From: a virus
DNA length: 64,000 bases
Direction: 5' to 3' (one strand)
Virus record (IMG/VR): IMGVR_UViG_3300010885_046411
Coordinates: 8,232 to 72,231 of that record
Shown: piece by piece, positions 1 to 8,023 of the stretch
How the letters are laid out: each line of letters opens with the position of its first letter
How positions within the stretch are numbered: position 1 is the first letter of the stretch
Translations under genes and position numbers: made by a program
Notes under the pieces: generated by a model
The model's input: the letters and a program-made list of their open reading frames with translations, nothing else
Database searches by the model: none
What the model was told of the DNA's origin: nothing

Positions 1-303
1 TCTTCCAAAAGTTCTTCAGCCCCGTCATAAAAAGCAAGCACAAGGCTCTCGTATTCAATGTGCCTGTGGGTTGGCACGTCTAGTATGCTCTCAATCACAG
101 ATGAACTATGACCGCCGCCAGCAAGCGAATAAGTATCTACGGCCTCTATGCGAGCATAGTCGTTAAAGGCAGTTGTGTACCATTGGCCTTCCTTGCCTTT
201 GATAATGAGTTTAAATTTGATGCCGTTTGTTGTGCGAACGGTTTGGCCTGAGCGCAGTTGCTCTTGGGTGGGGTAAATGGTTGGGGGTATTTGCGCGTTC
301 ATG
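1..303 (-). CDS. hypothetical early protein (runs off the left edge)
   Basis: ATG at 303, open frame MNAQIPPTIYPTQEQLRSG... to the window edge; same strand as the neighbouring early genes. Confidence 0.6.
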
Positions 304-326
304 GGGTGGGGTGTTAAGTGGATGAA

Positions 327-707
327 TTAAGAAAGAATGGCTACGGCCTGCATAAGCGGTGCGCCAGACCATTTGCCTAGCCTCACTGCCTTCCCTAGTG
401 GGGCTAATGCTTCACTGGCTACGGCCTCGGTTACAATTCTACGCTCTACTAGAGAGCGCACAAACCGTAATTCTAGGTGTCTAGCGGCTGCGCTGTTAAA
501 CGCATTGCCGTTAAAGGCAGTTGTATATACCTTACACTTGGCTGCGGCCTGTATGGCCTTTGCTAGGGTAGAGGTGCTAGGGTCTTGTTCGCATCGTTCG
601 GATGCCTTGCGCCATTCTTGCATGGCGGGTTCGTATGCACATGCCTGCACGGCCTCTGTGTAGAGCGTGTCTAGGATTGCTTCGGCTTGGTCTGCTTGGA
701 TGGTCAT
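327..707 (-). CDS. hypothetical early protein
   Basis: 126 aa ORF in a tightly packed leftward array. Confidence 0.7.
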   Translation of the reverse strand: MTIQADQAEAILDTLYTEAVQACAYEPAMQEWRKASERCEQDPSTSTLAKAIQAAAKCKVYTTAFNGNAFNSAAARHLELRFVRSLVERRIVTEAVASEALAPLGKAVRLGKWSGAPLMQAVAILS

Positions 708-710
708 AGC

Positions 711-914
711 TTAGTCTTCTGAAATATCGTCTGGGTGCGTTACGTTGTAACCTTCTTGCTCTAAGAAATCAACGGCAAGAGAGCGCATATCGAAGTATGC
801 CTGCCTTTCTGGGGGCGATAATTCATTTGGGCTTTTATCCCCCAAACTATCTACACAGTCTCGGAAGTCTGCAAGGGTGTTTTGCCAACGGCAATAAGAC
901 ATATTGTGTGCCAT
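711..914 (-). CDS. small phage protein (MSYCRxxNT-type N-terminus)
   Basis: NMSYCRWQNTLADFRDC resembles a recurrent small phage protein family; packed in the array. Confidence 0.7.
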   Translation of the reverse strand: MAHNMSYCRWQNTLADFRDCVDSLGDKSPNELSPPERQAYFDMRSLAVDFLEQEGYNVTHPDDISED

Positions 915-915
915 A

Positions 916-1053
916 TTATCTGTGGGTTGCGCCCCGATACACGGGGCAAGTGGGTGAATAAAGGGGTTGAAAGGCGGTGCAGCTTGCTAGGGCAACGGCG
1001 GCGGCTAGGATGGCCGCGTACATGGTGAGGCGGTATATTGTGCGCGGTTGCAT
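916..1053 (-). CDS. tiny predicted lipoprotein (45 aa; not in the ORF track)
   Basis: MQPRTIYRLTMYAAILAAAVALASC-TAFQPLYSPTCPVYRGATHR; basic N-terminus, hydrophobic core, LASC lipobox; fills the gap between two genes. Confidence 0.7.
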   Translation of the reverse strand: MQPRTIYRLTMYAAILAAAVALASCTAFQPLYSPTCPVYRGATHR

Positions 1054-1055
1054 TG

Positions 1056-1268
1056 CTAGTTGCGCTTTTGTTGAATGTTGCTCATGCTTGAAATACTTGG
1101 GTTGTATCGGTGATACTTACCAATAGGACTTTGAACTAATGCCCGACCAAAACAAACATCTAGCAATGTGCCATAATAGTTTGTAAGTTGGCCCGATACG
1201 GTTTGGTGCCATTCAATCTCTTTGCCGATAAGGCTTTCTAAAAGCTCAATTTTGTCTAGCGTACTCAT
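1056..1268 (-). CDS. hypothetical early protein
   Basis: 70 aa ORF with ATGA start/stop overlap to the upstream gene. Confidence 0.65.
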   Translation of the reverse strand: MSTLDKIELLESLIGKEIEWHQTVSGQLTNYYGTLLDVCFGRALVQSPIGKYHRYNPSISSMSNIQQKRN

Positions 1269-1456
1269 CTGGTTTGGAGTTTGAAATTGGGTGCAGGGTT
1301 AAGGTGCATAAGTTTTGTGGTGCTGCCCTCTGGCTCTATCCAAACCTCCAGCGATAGGTCTCTGGCTATCTTGTATGCCTCGGCGGTTGCTTGCTTGAAG
1401 TCTCCGTAGGGCTTAGACTTGAAGCCTTGATTTGTGGGTATTACAATCGAGTACAT
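1265..1456 (-). CDS. hypothetical early protein
   Basis: probable start MYSIV at 1456, which avoids overlap with the upstream gene. Confidence 0.6.
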   Translation of the reverse strand: MYSIVIPTNQGFKSKPYGDFKQATAEAYKIARDLSLEVWIEPEGSTTKLMHLNPAPNFKLQTR

Positions 1457-1461
1457 AATAT

Positions 1462-1881
1462 TTAGGCGAATACGCCCATTTTGCAAAGGGTTAGAATACG
1501 GGCAAGGCCAGTGTCGGTAATGTCGTCAGTCGCTACGTCTCTGTGTGAGCCATCCTCCCAAAACCCTGCCCACACTTTATTCATTTCAGGGTGGTATTTG
1601 ACATTGCAACACGAAACAGCCCTTCCATCTTTTAGGGTGATTAGAAAGTCGTCTAGCCCCATCTGCTTCATGCTAAACAGGTCGGGGTAAGCAAGGGCAT
1701 ACGATTGCTCCAACCCCAATGCAGCCCCAACACTAAGGAATTTAATAGGGCCGCGCTGGTTTGGGCTTTTGTATAGCATAGACCTTAGCTCTAAGTAGTC
1801 CCTACCCCGTTGGTGTAGCGTTTCTAGCCATGTGCTAGTTAGGTGCGCGTATTCTGGTGATAGTTGCTGTTTGTTTTCCAT
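1462..1881 (-). CDS. hypothetical early protein
   Basis: 139 aa ORF packed in the array. Confidence 0.7.
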   Translation of the reverse strand: MENKQQLSPEYAHLTSTWLETLHQRGRDYLELRSMLYKSPNQRGPIKFLSVGAALGLEQSYALAYPDLFSMKQMGLDDFLITLKDGRAVSCCNVKYHPEMNKVWAGFWEDGSHRDVATDDITDTGLARILTLCKMGVFA

Positions 1882-1882
1882 G

Positions 1883-2452
1883 TTAAAAAATGAATGTGTC
1901 GGTGGGTGGGTATGAGCCGTTACTTTCTGCCAAGCCCCAAGTGCATAGGTAGTCCCAAAGGGCTACATTTTTGCAGTCGTCGGGCAAGTCGTCAAAAGAT
2001 ATTTTTTTACCTTGCTTGGGGTATTGAGATGTGCTTATCTCCCCGTGTTGGCAAAAACCATGTGGAGCAAATGGTGTCGCCGACATAGCCACATACTCTG
2101 TGGTGTTACGTTCACGGCCTGCATAGCGGCCTGTGAACCATACAGTATAGAGGTCTATGGTTTGGCCGCCGTTATCTCGTATATCCATGTATCTTGGCTC
2201 ACGGGTGCCCTCTTTTAGCAAAGACCTTACAGCCTTTTCAAAGGTCTTGCGCTGGTATCGGTGCCAAATGGTTCCGTATGAAACATATACATGGGCCTTG
2301 GTATAGGCAATGCTGCCATACGTGCCAAATAGTGTATTTGCCCACCACTTAGAGCCTTCTGGCAAGGGGCCTGCCCATATTACTGCTTGCCCGTATGCGC
2401 TCACGCGCATAGCCAAGGGCGGGTATTTCTCTAAGTCTTTTAGTGTTTCCAT
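1883..2452 (-). CDS. hypothetical early protein
   Basis: 189 aa; DNGGxTxDxYTV...PxGFCQHG motif seen in phage early proteins. Confidence 0.75.
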   Translation of the reverse strand: METLKDLEKYPPLAMRVSAYGQAVIWAGPLPEGSKWWANTLFGTYGSIAYTKAHVYVSYGTIWHRYQRKTFEKAVRSLLKEGTREPRYMDIRDNGGQTIDLYTVWFTGRYAGRERNTTEYVAMSATPFAPHGFCQHGEISTSQYPKQGKKISFDDLPDDCKNVALWDYLCTWGLAESNGSYPPTDTFIF

Positions 2453-2477
2453 GCGTTAAGGGGTGGTGTTAAAAGGT

Positions 2478-2501
2478 AAAAAGCGGTTGCCTGTACACCG
2501 C
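2478..2501 (-). terminator. possible intrinsic terminator
   Basis: minus strand GCGGT-9nt-ACCGC followed by TTTTT, downstream of 2512..2802. Confidence 0.4.
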
Positions 2502-2511
2502 AAGGTAGGGG

Positions 2512-2802
2512 TTATTTTTTAGGGAAAGCAACTTGGGAAAAAAGTTTATCAATATCTTCTTGACACATATAGCGGTTGCCATCTTCTTCCATCAAGGTAG
2601 CATAGGTTAGCCTGCCCCAAGTAGAGCAGTTGGCATAAGCAATTTTTTTGCCTAGCTTTTTCATAACCGCCGCTTTGATGTTTGGCGTAGACATGGCACG
2701 ACAAACTTCTTTGCCGTTTTTGTCATAAAAGAAAACAGTTGCGCCCCAGATAGAACCAAGTGAGGCTAATTTGTTAGAAGATGAGCTGCGAAGCGTTTTC
2801 AT
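2512..2802 (-). CDS. hypothetical early protein
   Basis: 96 aa ORF with its own upstream -7 element. Confidence 0.7.
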   Translation of the reverse strand: MKTLRSSSSNKLASLGSIWGATVFFYDKNGKEVCRAMSTPNIKAAVMKKLGKKIAYANCSTWGRLTYATLMEEDGNRYMCQEDIDKLFSQVAFPKK

Positions 2803-2824
2803 GTTGTTGTCCCGTTTGGTAGTA

Positions 2825-2832
2825 CAAAGGTA
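2825..2832 (-). promoter_or_regulatory. Bacteroidota primary-sigma -7 element TACCTTTG
   Basis: matches TAnnTTTG, intergenic, 22 nt upstream of ATG 2802. Confidence 0.65.
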
Positions 2833-2871
2833 TAGGGCCGTATGGCGGCGTTGATTGAAATATGCGTAATT

Positions 2872-2890
2872 ACTTACGCGGATATTACAT
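2872..2890. promoter_or_regulatory. shared upstream motif ACTTACGCGnnnnTTACAT, copy 1
   Basis: 15 fixed positions identical to 6478..6496, at nearly the same distance from a leftward -7 element. Confidence 0.5.
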
Positions 2891-2899
2891 GGTGGGTTA

Positions 2900-3136
2900 T
2901 TAAAAAGCTAGTAATACGGCTGTCTGCACGGCTGGGTACTGGTGGCCTCGGTAATCGGCTGCCCATGCCTGCAACTCCTCTAGGCTGTCAAATACTTGGT
3001 AACTATGTAGGTCTCTTAGGTCTGCATCTGTTTGCGCTATCCTAGACTGATAGGCAAAGGGTGCGGACTTGTGGGGTATCTCGCATACCCATTGGCCGCG
3101 TTTAACGGCTAGGTCGGTGGTATTGTCTGTGTTCAT
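2900..3136 (-). CDS. hypothetical early protein
   Basis: 78 aa ORF in the array. Confidence 0.6.
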   Translation of the reverse strand: MNTDNTTDLAVKRGQWVCEIPHKSAPFAYQSRIAQTDADLRDLHSYQVFDSLEELQAWAADYRGHQYPAVQTAVLLAF

Positions 3137-3148
3137 GGTTACGGGGTG

Positions 3149-3370
3149 TTAGGTGGTTCGCTTTGCGTGTCTGAAAAGCATAGAGGAAATTTTGCCCACA
3201 ATCCCCCCTCTGGTTGATAGGTCTGAGAAAATTTGCGTTGCTATGGGCTTGCCTACGCCACTTACTAAGTCTTTGTAAACGGTGTAGGGCTTATCGGTGT
3301 TATCCGATATAATGTTTGCCATCTGGTCTAATAGGGCCGCTTTTCTATCGGCTTGCGTATGTGTTTGCAT
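3149..3370 (-). CDS. hypothetical early protein
   Basis: 73 aa ORF in the array. Confidence 0.65.
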   Translation of the reverse strand: MQTHTQADRKAALLDQMANIISDNTDKPYTVYKDLVSGVGKPIATQIFSDLSTRGGIVGKISSMLFRHAKRTT

Positions 3371-3384
3371 GGTGGTAGGGTGGG

Positions 3385-3687
3385 TTAAACGTGGGCTAGT
3401 TGGTTGGCTACGGTTGCGGCACGTAGGGCTGCCTGCTTACCTGTCTGTAAGCCACTCCAGCCATTAACAGGCGGGTTGTAAAGGGCATGTATATGCCCAT
3501 TCCCTTGCAACCCCCATGCGTTAAGGCTCTGCCCCTCGGCTAGTAATTTGGCTGCATGGGTGCGAAAGGCGGCAATATCTGCATAGCCGTACTGTGCTAA
3601 ATTACCGTTATGGTTGCGCATGAATTTTTGGTAAAAATTTGCATCTTCATGCAAGCCGTTTACGGTTTGGTTGTGGCAAGTTGTCAT
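3385..3687 (-). CDS. hypothetical early protein
   Basis: probable start MTTCHNQ at 3687; the longer ORF start lies inside the structured repeat. Confidence 0.65.
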   Translation of the reverse strand: MTTCHNQTVNGLHEDANFYQKFMRNHNGNLAQYGYADIAAFRTHAAKLLAEGQSLNAWGLQGNGHIHALYNPPVNGWSGLQTGKQAALRAATVANQLAHV

Positions 3688-3695
3688 TTTTAAAG

Positions 3696-3771
3696 GTGTT
3701 AAAATAGAGCGGTATTGCTCTGAGCGCACATCTAGCAGCGAACTAGGTAAGCCCTACGGCTTGTGTGCGCT
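3696..3771 (-). ncRNA. candidate structured cis-regulatory RNA (3-way junction plus hairpin), copy 1
   Basis: 66/76 identical to 5331..5406; all 6 stem differences are compensatory and the other 4 fall in loops. Confidence 0.7.
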
Positions 3772-3780
3772 TGGGTTAGT

Positions 3781-3966
3781 CTATTTGTAGTATTGCCTAT
3801 CTGAGCCATCTGGCATAATTAGTAGAACTTTATAACCTTTATTGGCTAATTGTTTAGCCCTATCTTTTGCGTCCTTTTCATTTGTGAAGCTATGTTCATA
3901 GCTATCTGAAAATACACTTTTTGTGAATTTCACAGTGAATTTCACAGTGAATTTTTGAGTGTTCAT
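3781..3966 (-). CDS. hypothetical early protein
   Basis: 61 aa; contains a short 12-nt tandem duplication (KFTV). Confidence 0.6.
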   Translation of the reverse strand: MNTQKFTVKFTVKFTKSVFSDSYEHSFTNEKDAKDRAKQLANKGYKVLLIMPDGSDRQYYK

Positions 3967-3990
3967 GCTTGGTAGGGGTTGGGCTGGGGT

Positions 3991-4608
3991 TTAGATTTGT
4001 TCGCCGTTCTCTGTAAATTCGTACTCGTTGGCTTCTAAAGACTCAGATACGGCCTCGTCGCTTGTAAGGTCTTCGTATGCGGCTTTTAGGTCTTTATACA
4101 GTTGCTTGCAAAGGGTGCGATATTCTTGGGTTGCCTCATCTGCTATCTTATCGCAAATGGCATACAAATACGCTTCTAGGTTTGGCCAGTGCCCGTATGG
4201 CATGCCGTCTTTCAGGTCTTCAAAAACATCTCCAGCGTCTATATAGCGCGTTCTTTCGTGGCAGTATTGATTAAACCATAGGTTTTTGGCTATGCCTACC
4301 TTGTTTCTTGCGTATGCTTCGCATATCTTAGCAAAGCGGGTGCCTTTATAGTTGTCTTCAACCCATTTTTTTAGGTCAAAAGTGCCCTCAAAGCACGCCC
4401 CGTCCCCTTGCGAATTGAAGCCAGAAAAAAGAATATCTGAGGGCTCAAAATAGCCGTATTCTTTGAGCGTTTCTCTGAACCCTTCATATACTGAGTCCCA
4501 CCATTCGCCGTATTCTACGTTAAAATAGCGGTGCTGCTCAATAGCTTTTTGTTTTGCCTCTTCTGAAAGCTCGGCAAACATATAGGCGGTTGTTTCAATA
4601 GTTCTCAT
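3991..4608 (-). CDS. conserved phage early protein
   Basis: MRTIETTAYxFxELSEEAKQKA...WW...FSGFxSQGDGA...EYEFTENG motifs typical of a widespread phage early family. Confidence 0.8.
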   Translation of the reverse strand: MRTIETTAYMFAELSEEAKQKAIEQHRYFNVEYGEWWDSVYEGFRETLKEYGYFEPSDILFSGFNSQGDGACFEGTFDLKKWVEDNYKGTRFAKICEAYARNKVGIAKNLWFNQYCHERTRYIDAGDVFEDLKDGMPYGHWPNLEAYLYAICDKIADEATQEYRTLCKQLYKDLKAAYEDLTSDEAVSESLEANEYEFTENGEQI

Positions 4609-4609
4609 C

Positions 4610-4717
4610 TTATCGGGTTGCCACTTGCGCGGCGGGTTTGGTGGTGAAAAGGTGGCGGTTTGAATGTATAGCCCACACTAGGCAGGCTATTAGTAAAAGG
4701 GTGGATAGGGTGCGCAT
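4610..4717 (-). CDS. small membrane peptide (35 aa; not in the ORF track)
   Basis: MRTLSTLLLIACLVWAIHSNRHLFTTKPAAQVATR; fills the intergenic gap. Confidence 0.5.
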   Translation of the reverse strand: MRTLSTLLLIACLVWAIHSNRHLFTTKPAAQVATR

Positions 4718-4721
4718 GGGT

Positions 4722-5036
4722 TTAGGCGAGTATTAAGGCCGTTTCCTCTTTGCTTATACGCGCTGCATGGTATAGGGCTGTGCCTATGTCGGTGTAGGCT
4801 TGGAACTCACCTTCGGTATCAATAGCCCCGCTATGCAGAGACCTGCGCAGGCTGTATTTGCGTGTATGGCCTTCGCCAAATGTGCATTTTTCAGAAGACA
4901 CAAACAGCGTTGAGCCTTCTGAGCCTGCAAATGTTTTTTCACTGAAACGCGAGGCAAAAAAGCGCAGCGCACCTTTGTCAAAAAAGTGGTGCCCGATTAG
5001 CTTGTTAGCCCATTTAATCTCTTGTAATGTTCTCAT
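4722..5036 (-). CDS. conserved phage early protein
   Basis: GHHFFDxxxLRFFxSR...FVSSE...RKYS motif. Confidence 0.75.
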   Translation of the reverse strand: MRTLQEIKWANKLIGHHFFDKGALRFFASRFSEKTFAGSEGSTLFVSSEKCTFGEGHTRKYSLRRSLHSGAIDTEGEFQAYTDIGTALYHAARISKEETALILA

Positions 5037-5100
5037 AACATAGGCCCGTATTTTCGCACGGGCGGGCGGGTAAGGGTAAGGGGTGAAAAGGTGTAAAGTG

Positions 5101-5322
5101 TTAGGCGGTTAGACGGTTGTTTATTAACCTGTGGCAAGCTCTGGCCATATCCCATGGCGTTTGGTAGTCTGGGTTAGGGTGAATGTATCCGACATCTTGT
5201 AACCTTAGAAACAGGTTGCGCGATTGAGATAGCATTTTGATTGCACTTGCGTTATTCTTGCTGCGGGTGTAAGAGCCTGCAAAAAGACTAACCGCCTTAC
5301 TGTACATTCGGTCGTTATTCAT
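5101..5322 (-). CDS. hypothetical early protein
   Basis: probable start MNNDRM at 5322, just 3' of the structured repeat. Confidence 0.6.
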   Translation of the reverse strand: MNNDRMYSKAVSLFAGSYTRSKNNASAIKMLSQSRNLFLRLQDVGYIHPNPDYQTPWDMARACHRLINNRLTA

Positions 5323-5330
5323 TGGTAAAA

Positions 5331-5406
5331 GTGTTAAAATAGAGCGGCATTGCTCTGAGCGCACATACGGTAACGAACCGTGTAAGCCCTATGGCTTGTG
5401 TGCGCT
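5331..5406 (-). ncRNA. candidate structured cis-regulatory RNA, copy 2
   Basis: see 3696..3771. Confidence 0.7.
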
Positions 5407-5416
5407 GGGTGGGCTG

Positions 5417-5938
5417 TTAGTAGTTTACATAGTTTTGTATGGTTTCATAGGCCCATTCGGGGTACATGGTATGCCAGTCAGCACCTTGTAAATAGTCTAA
5501 ATAGCTATACTTGATTATGCCTGAACGTATAATTTGCAGCCGTTCGCGCCTATCCATTTGCGCCCATGCTTCGTGCATCTCTTCAATTTCACGTTCAAAA
5601 TAGTCATCTTCATCCAAACTTGGATAGTCTTCTATTTCTGACAAGATGGCTTCACATTCTGCCAACTTTGGGCTATCTTCACGTATTAGGATAGCATCTA
5701 CATGCCCGCACGCCCAATGGCCAAAACAGGCTGTAAATTCTGTATCTGTTTCCGTCGTAGTTATACCTAAACGGTCTAAAATTGTTTCGTAGTTACTGTT
5801 TAGCAGTATGCCGCTATCACCGGTTCTGCTATACATTACAAAGCAATTATCATATTGCTCTCCCATGTAGCTATCGGGATGTTTCCATCTCTTAGCTTCA
5901 AGCAAGGGGTATTGTGTAGGTGTTTCAATCGTTGTCAT
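5417..5938 (-). CDS. conserved phage early protein
   Basis: DSxxLxSNY...GHWACG...DYPxLDEDDY motifs. Confidence 0.75.
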   Translation of the reverse strand: MTTIETPTQYPLLEAKRWKHPDSYMGEQYDNCFVMYSRTGDSGILLNSNYETILDRLGITTTETDTEFTACFGHWACGHVDAILIREDSPKLAECEAILSEIEDYPSLDEDDYFEREIEEMHEAWAQMDRRERLQIIRSGIIKYSYLDYLQGADWHTMYPEWAYETIQNYVNY

Positions 5939-5963
5939 GTTCGTGTTGGTGTTGGGTTGAGGG

Positions 5964-6170
5964 TTAGACGGTTACGGGTTCGTTCCAAATACATTTGGCA
6001 TCTTCTGCAAGTACATAGGCGCGGAACTTAGAACGGGCCTCTCTTAGACCACAATAGGCGTATGCCTGTTTGTACTCTACACATTTGTAGGTAGTGCGAC
6101 AAATGATACAAGATAAGCCACCAAAAGTCCTTACCTTTTCTGTGCTTATGTCAAACTGTGCTTTTGTCAT
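5964..6170 (-). CDS. hypothetical early protein
   Basis: probable start MTKAQF at 6170. Confidence 0.6.
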   Translation of the reverse strand: MTKAQFDISTEKVRTFGGLSCIICRTTYKCVEYKQAYAYCGLREARSKFRAYVLAEDAKCIWNEPVTV

Positions 6171-6192
6171 GTTGGTTAGATGGTTAGAGGGT

Positions 6193-6381
6193 TTATTGAT
6201 TAACGTGACGCGTTTTAATTGTTTGCACATTGTACCCAGCACAGGCCAGCCGTTCTACAACAGCAGCGACGGCTAGTACCTTAGACGTAGCTTGTATGTG
6301 TTCTATACAAAACCAAACACCCCATTTGCCCCAAGCGTCAGAGTAGCCAGCGTGCGTAACAGCGAACCAAAAATTTTTCAT
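6193..6381 (-). CDS. hypothetical early protein
   Basis: probable start MKNFWF at 6381, downstream of the -7 element at 6430. Confidence 0.55.
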   Translation of the reverse strand: MKNFWFAVTHAGYSDAWGKWGVWFCIEHIQATSKVLAVAAVVERLACAGYNVQTIKTRHVNQ

Positions 6382-6429
6382 GTTGAAGATGATAATAGGG
6401 TAGCACCATTGCCACCCTGTTTGATACTT

Positions 6430-6437
6430 CAAATATA
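6430..6437 (-). promoter_or_regulatory. -7 element TATATTTG, head of the leftward early array
   Basis: TAnnTTTG match with TTTG 16 nt further upstream. Confidence 0.6.
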
Positions 6438-6477
6438 GAACGCCCGTTTTACGCAAATACTTAAATAACAGCGAAAA

Positions 6478-6496
6478 ACTTACGCGTAACTTACAT
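6478..6496. promoter_or_regulatory. shared upstream motif, copy 2
   Basis: ACTTACGCGtaacTTACAT, cf. 2872..2890. Confidence 0.5.
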
Positions 6497-6973
6497 AGGT
6501 TAATTTATTTATAGATACAACGAAACTCTATTACATACACCCAAACCGTTGTATATCATGCCTACCTAAACATGTACAGAATAACGTACATACATTCTAC
6601 TAACAAACTGCCACCACAGCCCAACACATACCACTGCCAAATAGGCACTATGCCATAAATCAAACTGAACGGCCCCAACTCTTACAAGGCACCCAGACCG
6701 CATAGGTAGCCCTTAGATGCGGATATATGTATGGGGTAAGTATCTCCATAGGCTAGCCGATACGGGTAACATATACGATAGTAGGAGATAGTTAGCAGAT
6801 AGACTAGTTATGGGAGTCCTACTCTTTCGCCTCTCTCTCCCCCTTTCCCTCACCCCTCTCTATCCTATTTAACATAACGAAGCCCGTTTCCTTGAAACGT
6901 ACGTACCATAGCCCTACCTAAATCCGTACAGCCAAACGTAGGAGCCTTCATTATGTTAAGTACACCCATAGAA

Positions 6974-7053
6974 TGTATCTATTTAGATACAACCATCGTC
7001 GGACTGTATCTATTTGGATACATGCACCCCGACTCTTGGATACATGCACCCCG
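6974..7053. repeat. palindrome/direct-repeat array
   Basis: TGTATCTATTTAGATACA (6974-6991), TGTATCTATTTGGATACA (7005-7022), and TTGGATACATGCACCCCG twice (7014-7031, 7036-7053). Confidence 0.75.
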
Positions 7054-8015
7054 CCCCTTTGCTCTTAAGGGCAAGGGATACGCGGTAAGCGTAAGCCCTG
7101 CACCCGTTGCCCCGCCTATTACACCCCGACCCCACCCCCTCACACCCTTTCCGTCGGGGGATTGCTCGGCAGGCGGGGGTGTATATATGTTACTCCGCCC
7201 ATTCTGACTATGCGCTACGGTAAACCCTCCTGCCACTCTGAGTTTGCTGCTACGAATAACATTCTGTCTGCACGTATGCTTTACGCTGCTATATGTACTG
7301 CTTTCGTTTCATATTGACGGGTATTTGCTACGGCTCCGTATTTGTTAGCCTCGGTGGGAAACAAGCTGCATTCTGTAGGAATGTACGCGTACTTTGTAGC
7401 AGGGTGGTTAAGCCGTGTAGGTTTTAGACCGCTTCGGTTGTTATACGGCTACGCGCTTGTAGCGCTTGCCTACAACCTAGCTTAGTAGTGTTTTTTTTGT
7501 GATTAGCGCGCGGTGGTAGCGCCCTGCGCGTACACAAGCGTGCGTGCTGGTAGTTTGTATGTTTTGGCGCGTATTGTAGCGTAGCGTACAATTAAGCGCC
7601 GTATTCGGTGTGTCTGTGGTAATATACCGCTGCTAGGTTATAGGTATCGGCGGGTTTGGCTCCGCGCTGTTGGCGCTTGCCTCACCGCCTATTGTATATA
7701 GGGAAAGGTATGCGCTATTGGGGAGCGTATGCGGGTAGAGAGAGGATATGGCTAGGATATAGTTATATTCCCCCCCTGTTAAAATACTTAAATATTTTAA
7801 TCTATGCTAATCATACTGTATGGTTTAGTATGACCGTGCATGGGTAGTAATGTGGGGGAACCGAAGTATGAAGGTAAAGGATTTGAACCTTGTTTCATTA
7901 CTGTATAACACTGGGCGCATTGACCTGAACCAAGCCACGTGTTATGTAGGCAAGTGTAGTAGTATCTGGGATGCACTATAAGATGGCATACGGAGTATTC
8001 CGTCCACTACTGCAA

Positions 8016-8023
8016 CAAAGATA
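8016..8023 (-). promoter_or_regulatory. -7 element TATCTTTG pointing into the non-coding region
   Basis: TAnnTTTG match, back to back with the 8103 element. Confidence 0.5.

Noticed and set aside
161-524. 16-bp exact repeat CGTTAAAGGCAGTTGT at 161-176 and 509-524 (YTTAFN in two adjacent genes)
   Set aside because: Short, coding and only two copies; may be a recombination scar or chance, and no function can be argued
3696-3771. Hammerhead ribozyme or CRISPR repeat reading of the duplicated element
   Set aside because: No CUGANGA/GAAA core, and only two copies 1.6 kb apart with genes between them
3924-3953. 12-nt tandem repeat GTGAATTTCACA
   Set aside because: In-frame slippage duplication (KFTV) in a small gene
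6953-7847. ORFs 6953..7207, 6979..7236 and 7656..7847 in the control region
   Set aside because: Low-complexity translations over repeats, no start context like that of the real genes
7860-7940. tRNA gene suggested by GGTTCAAATCC on the - strand
   Set aside because: No matching acceptor stem, D arm or anticodon arm could be built
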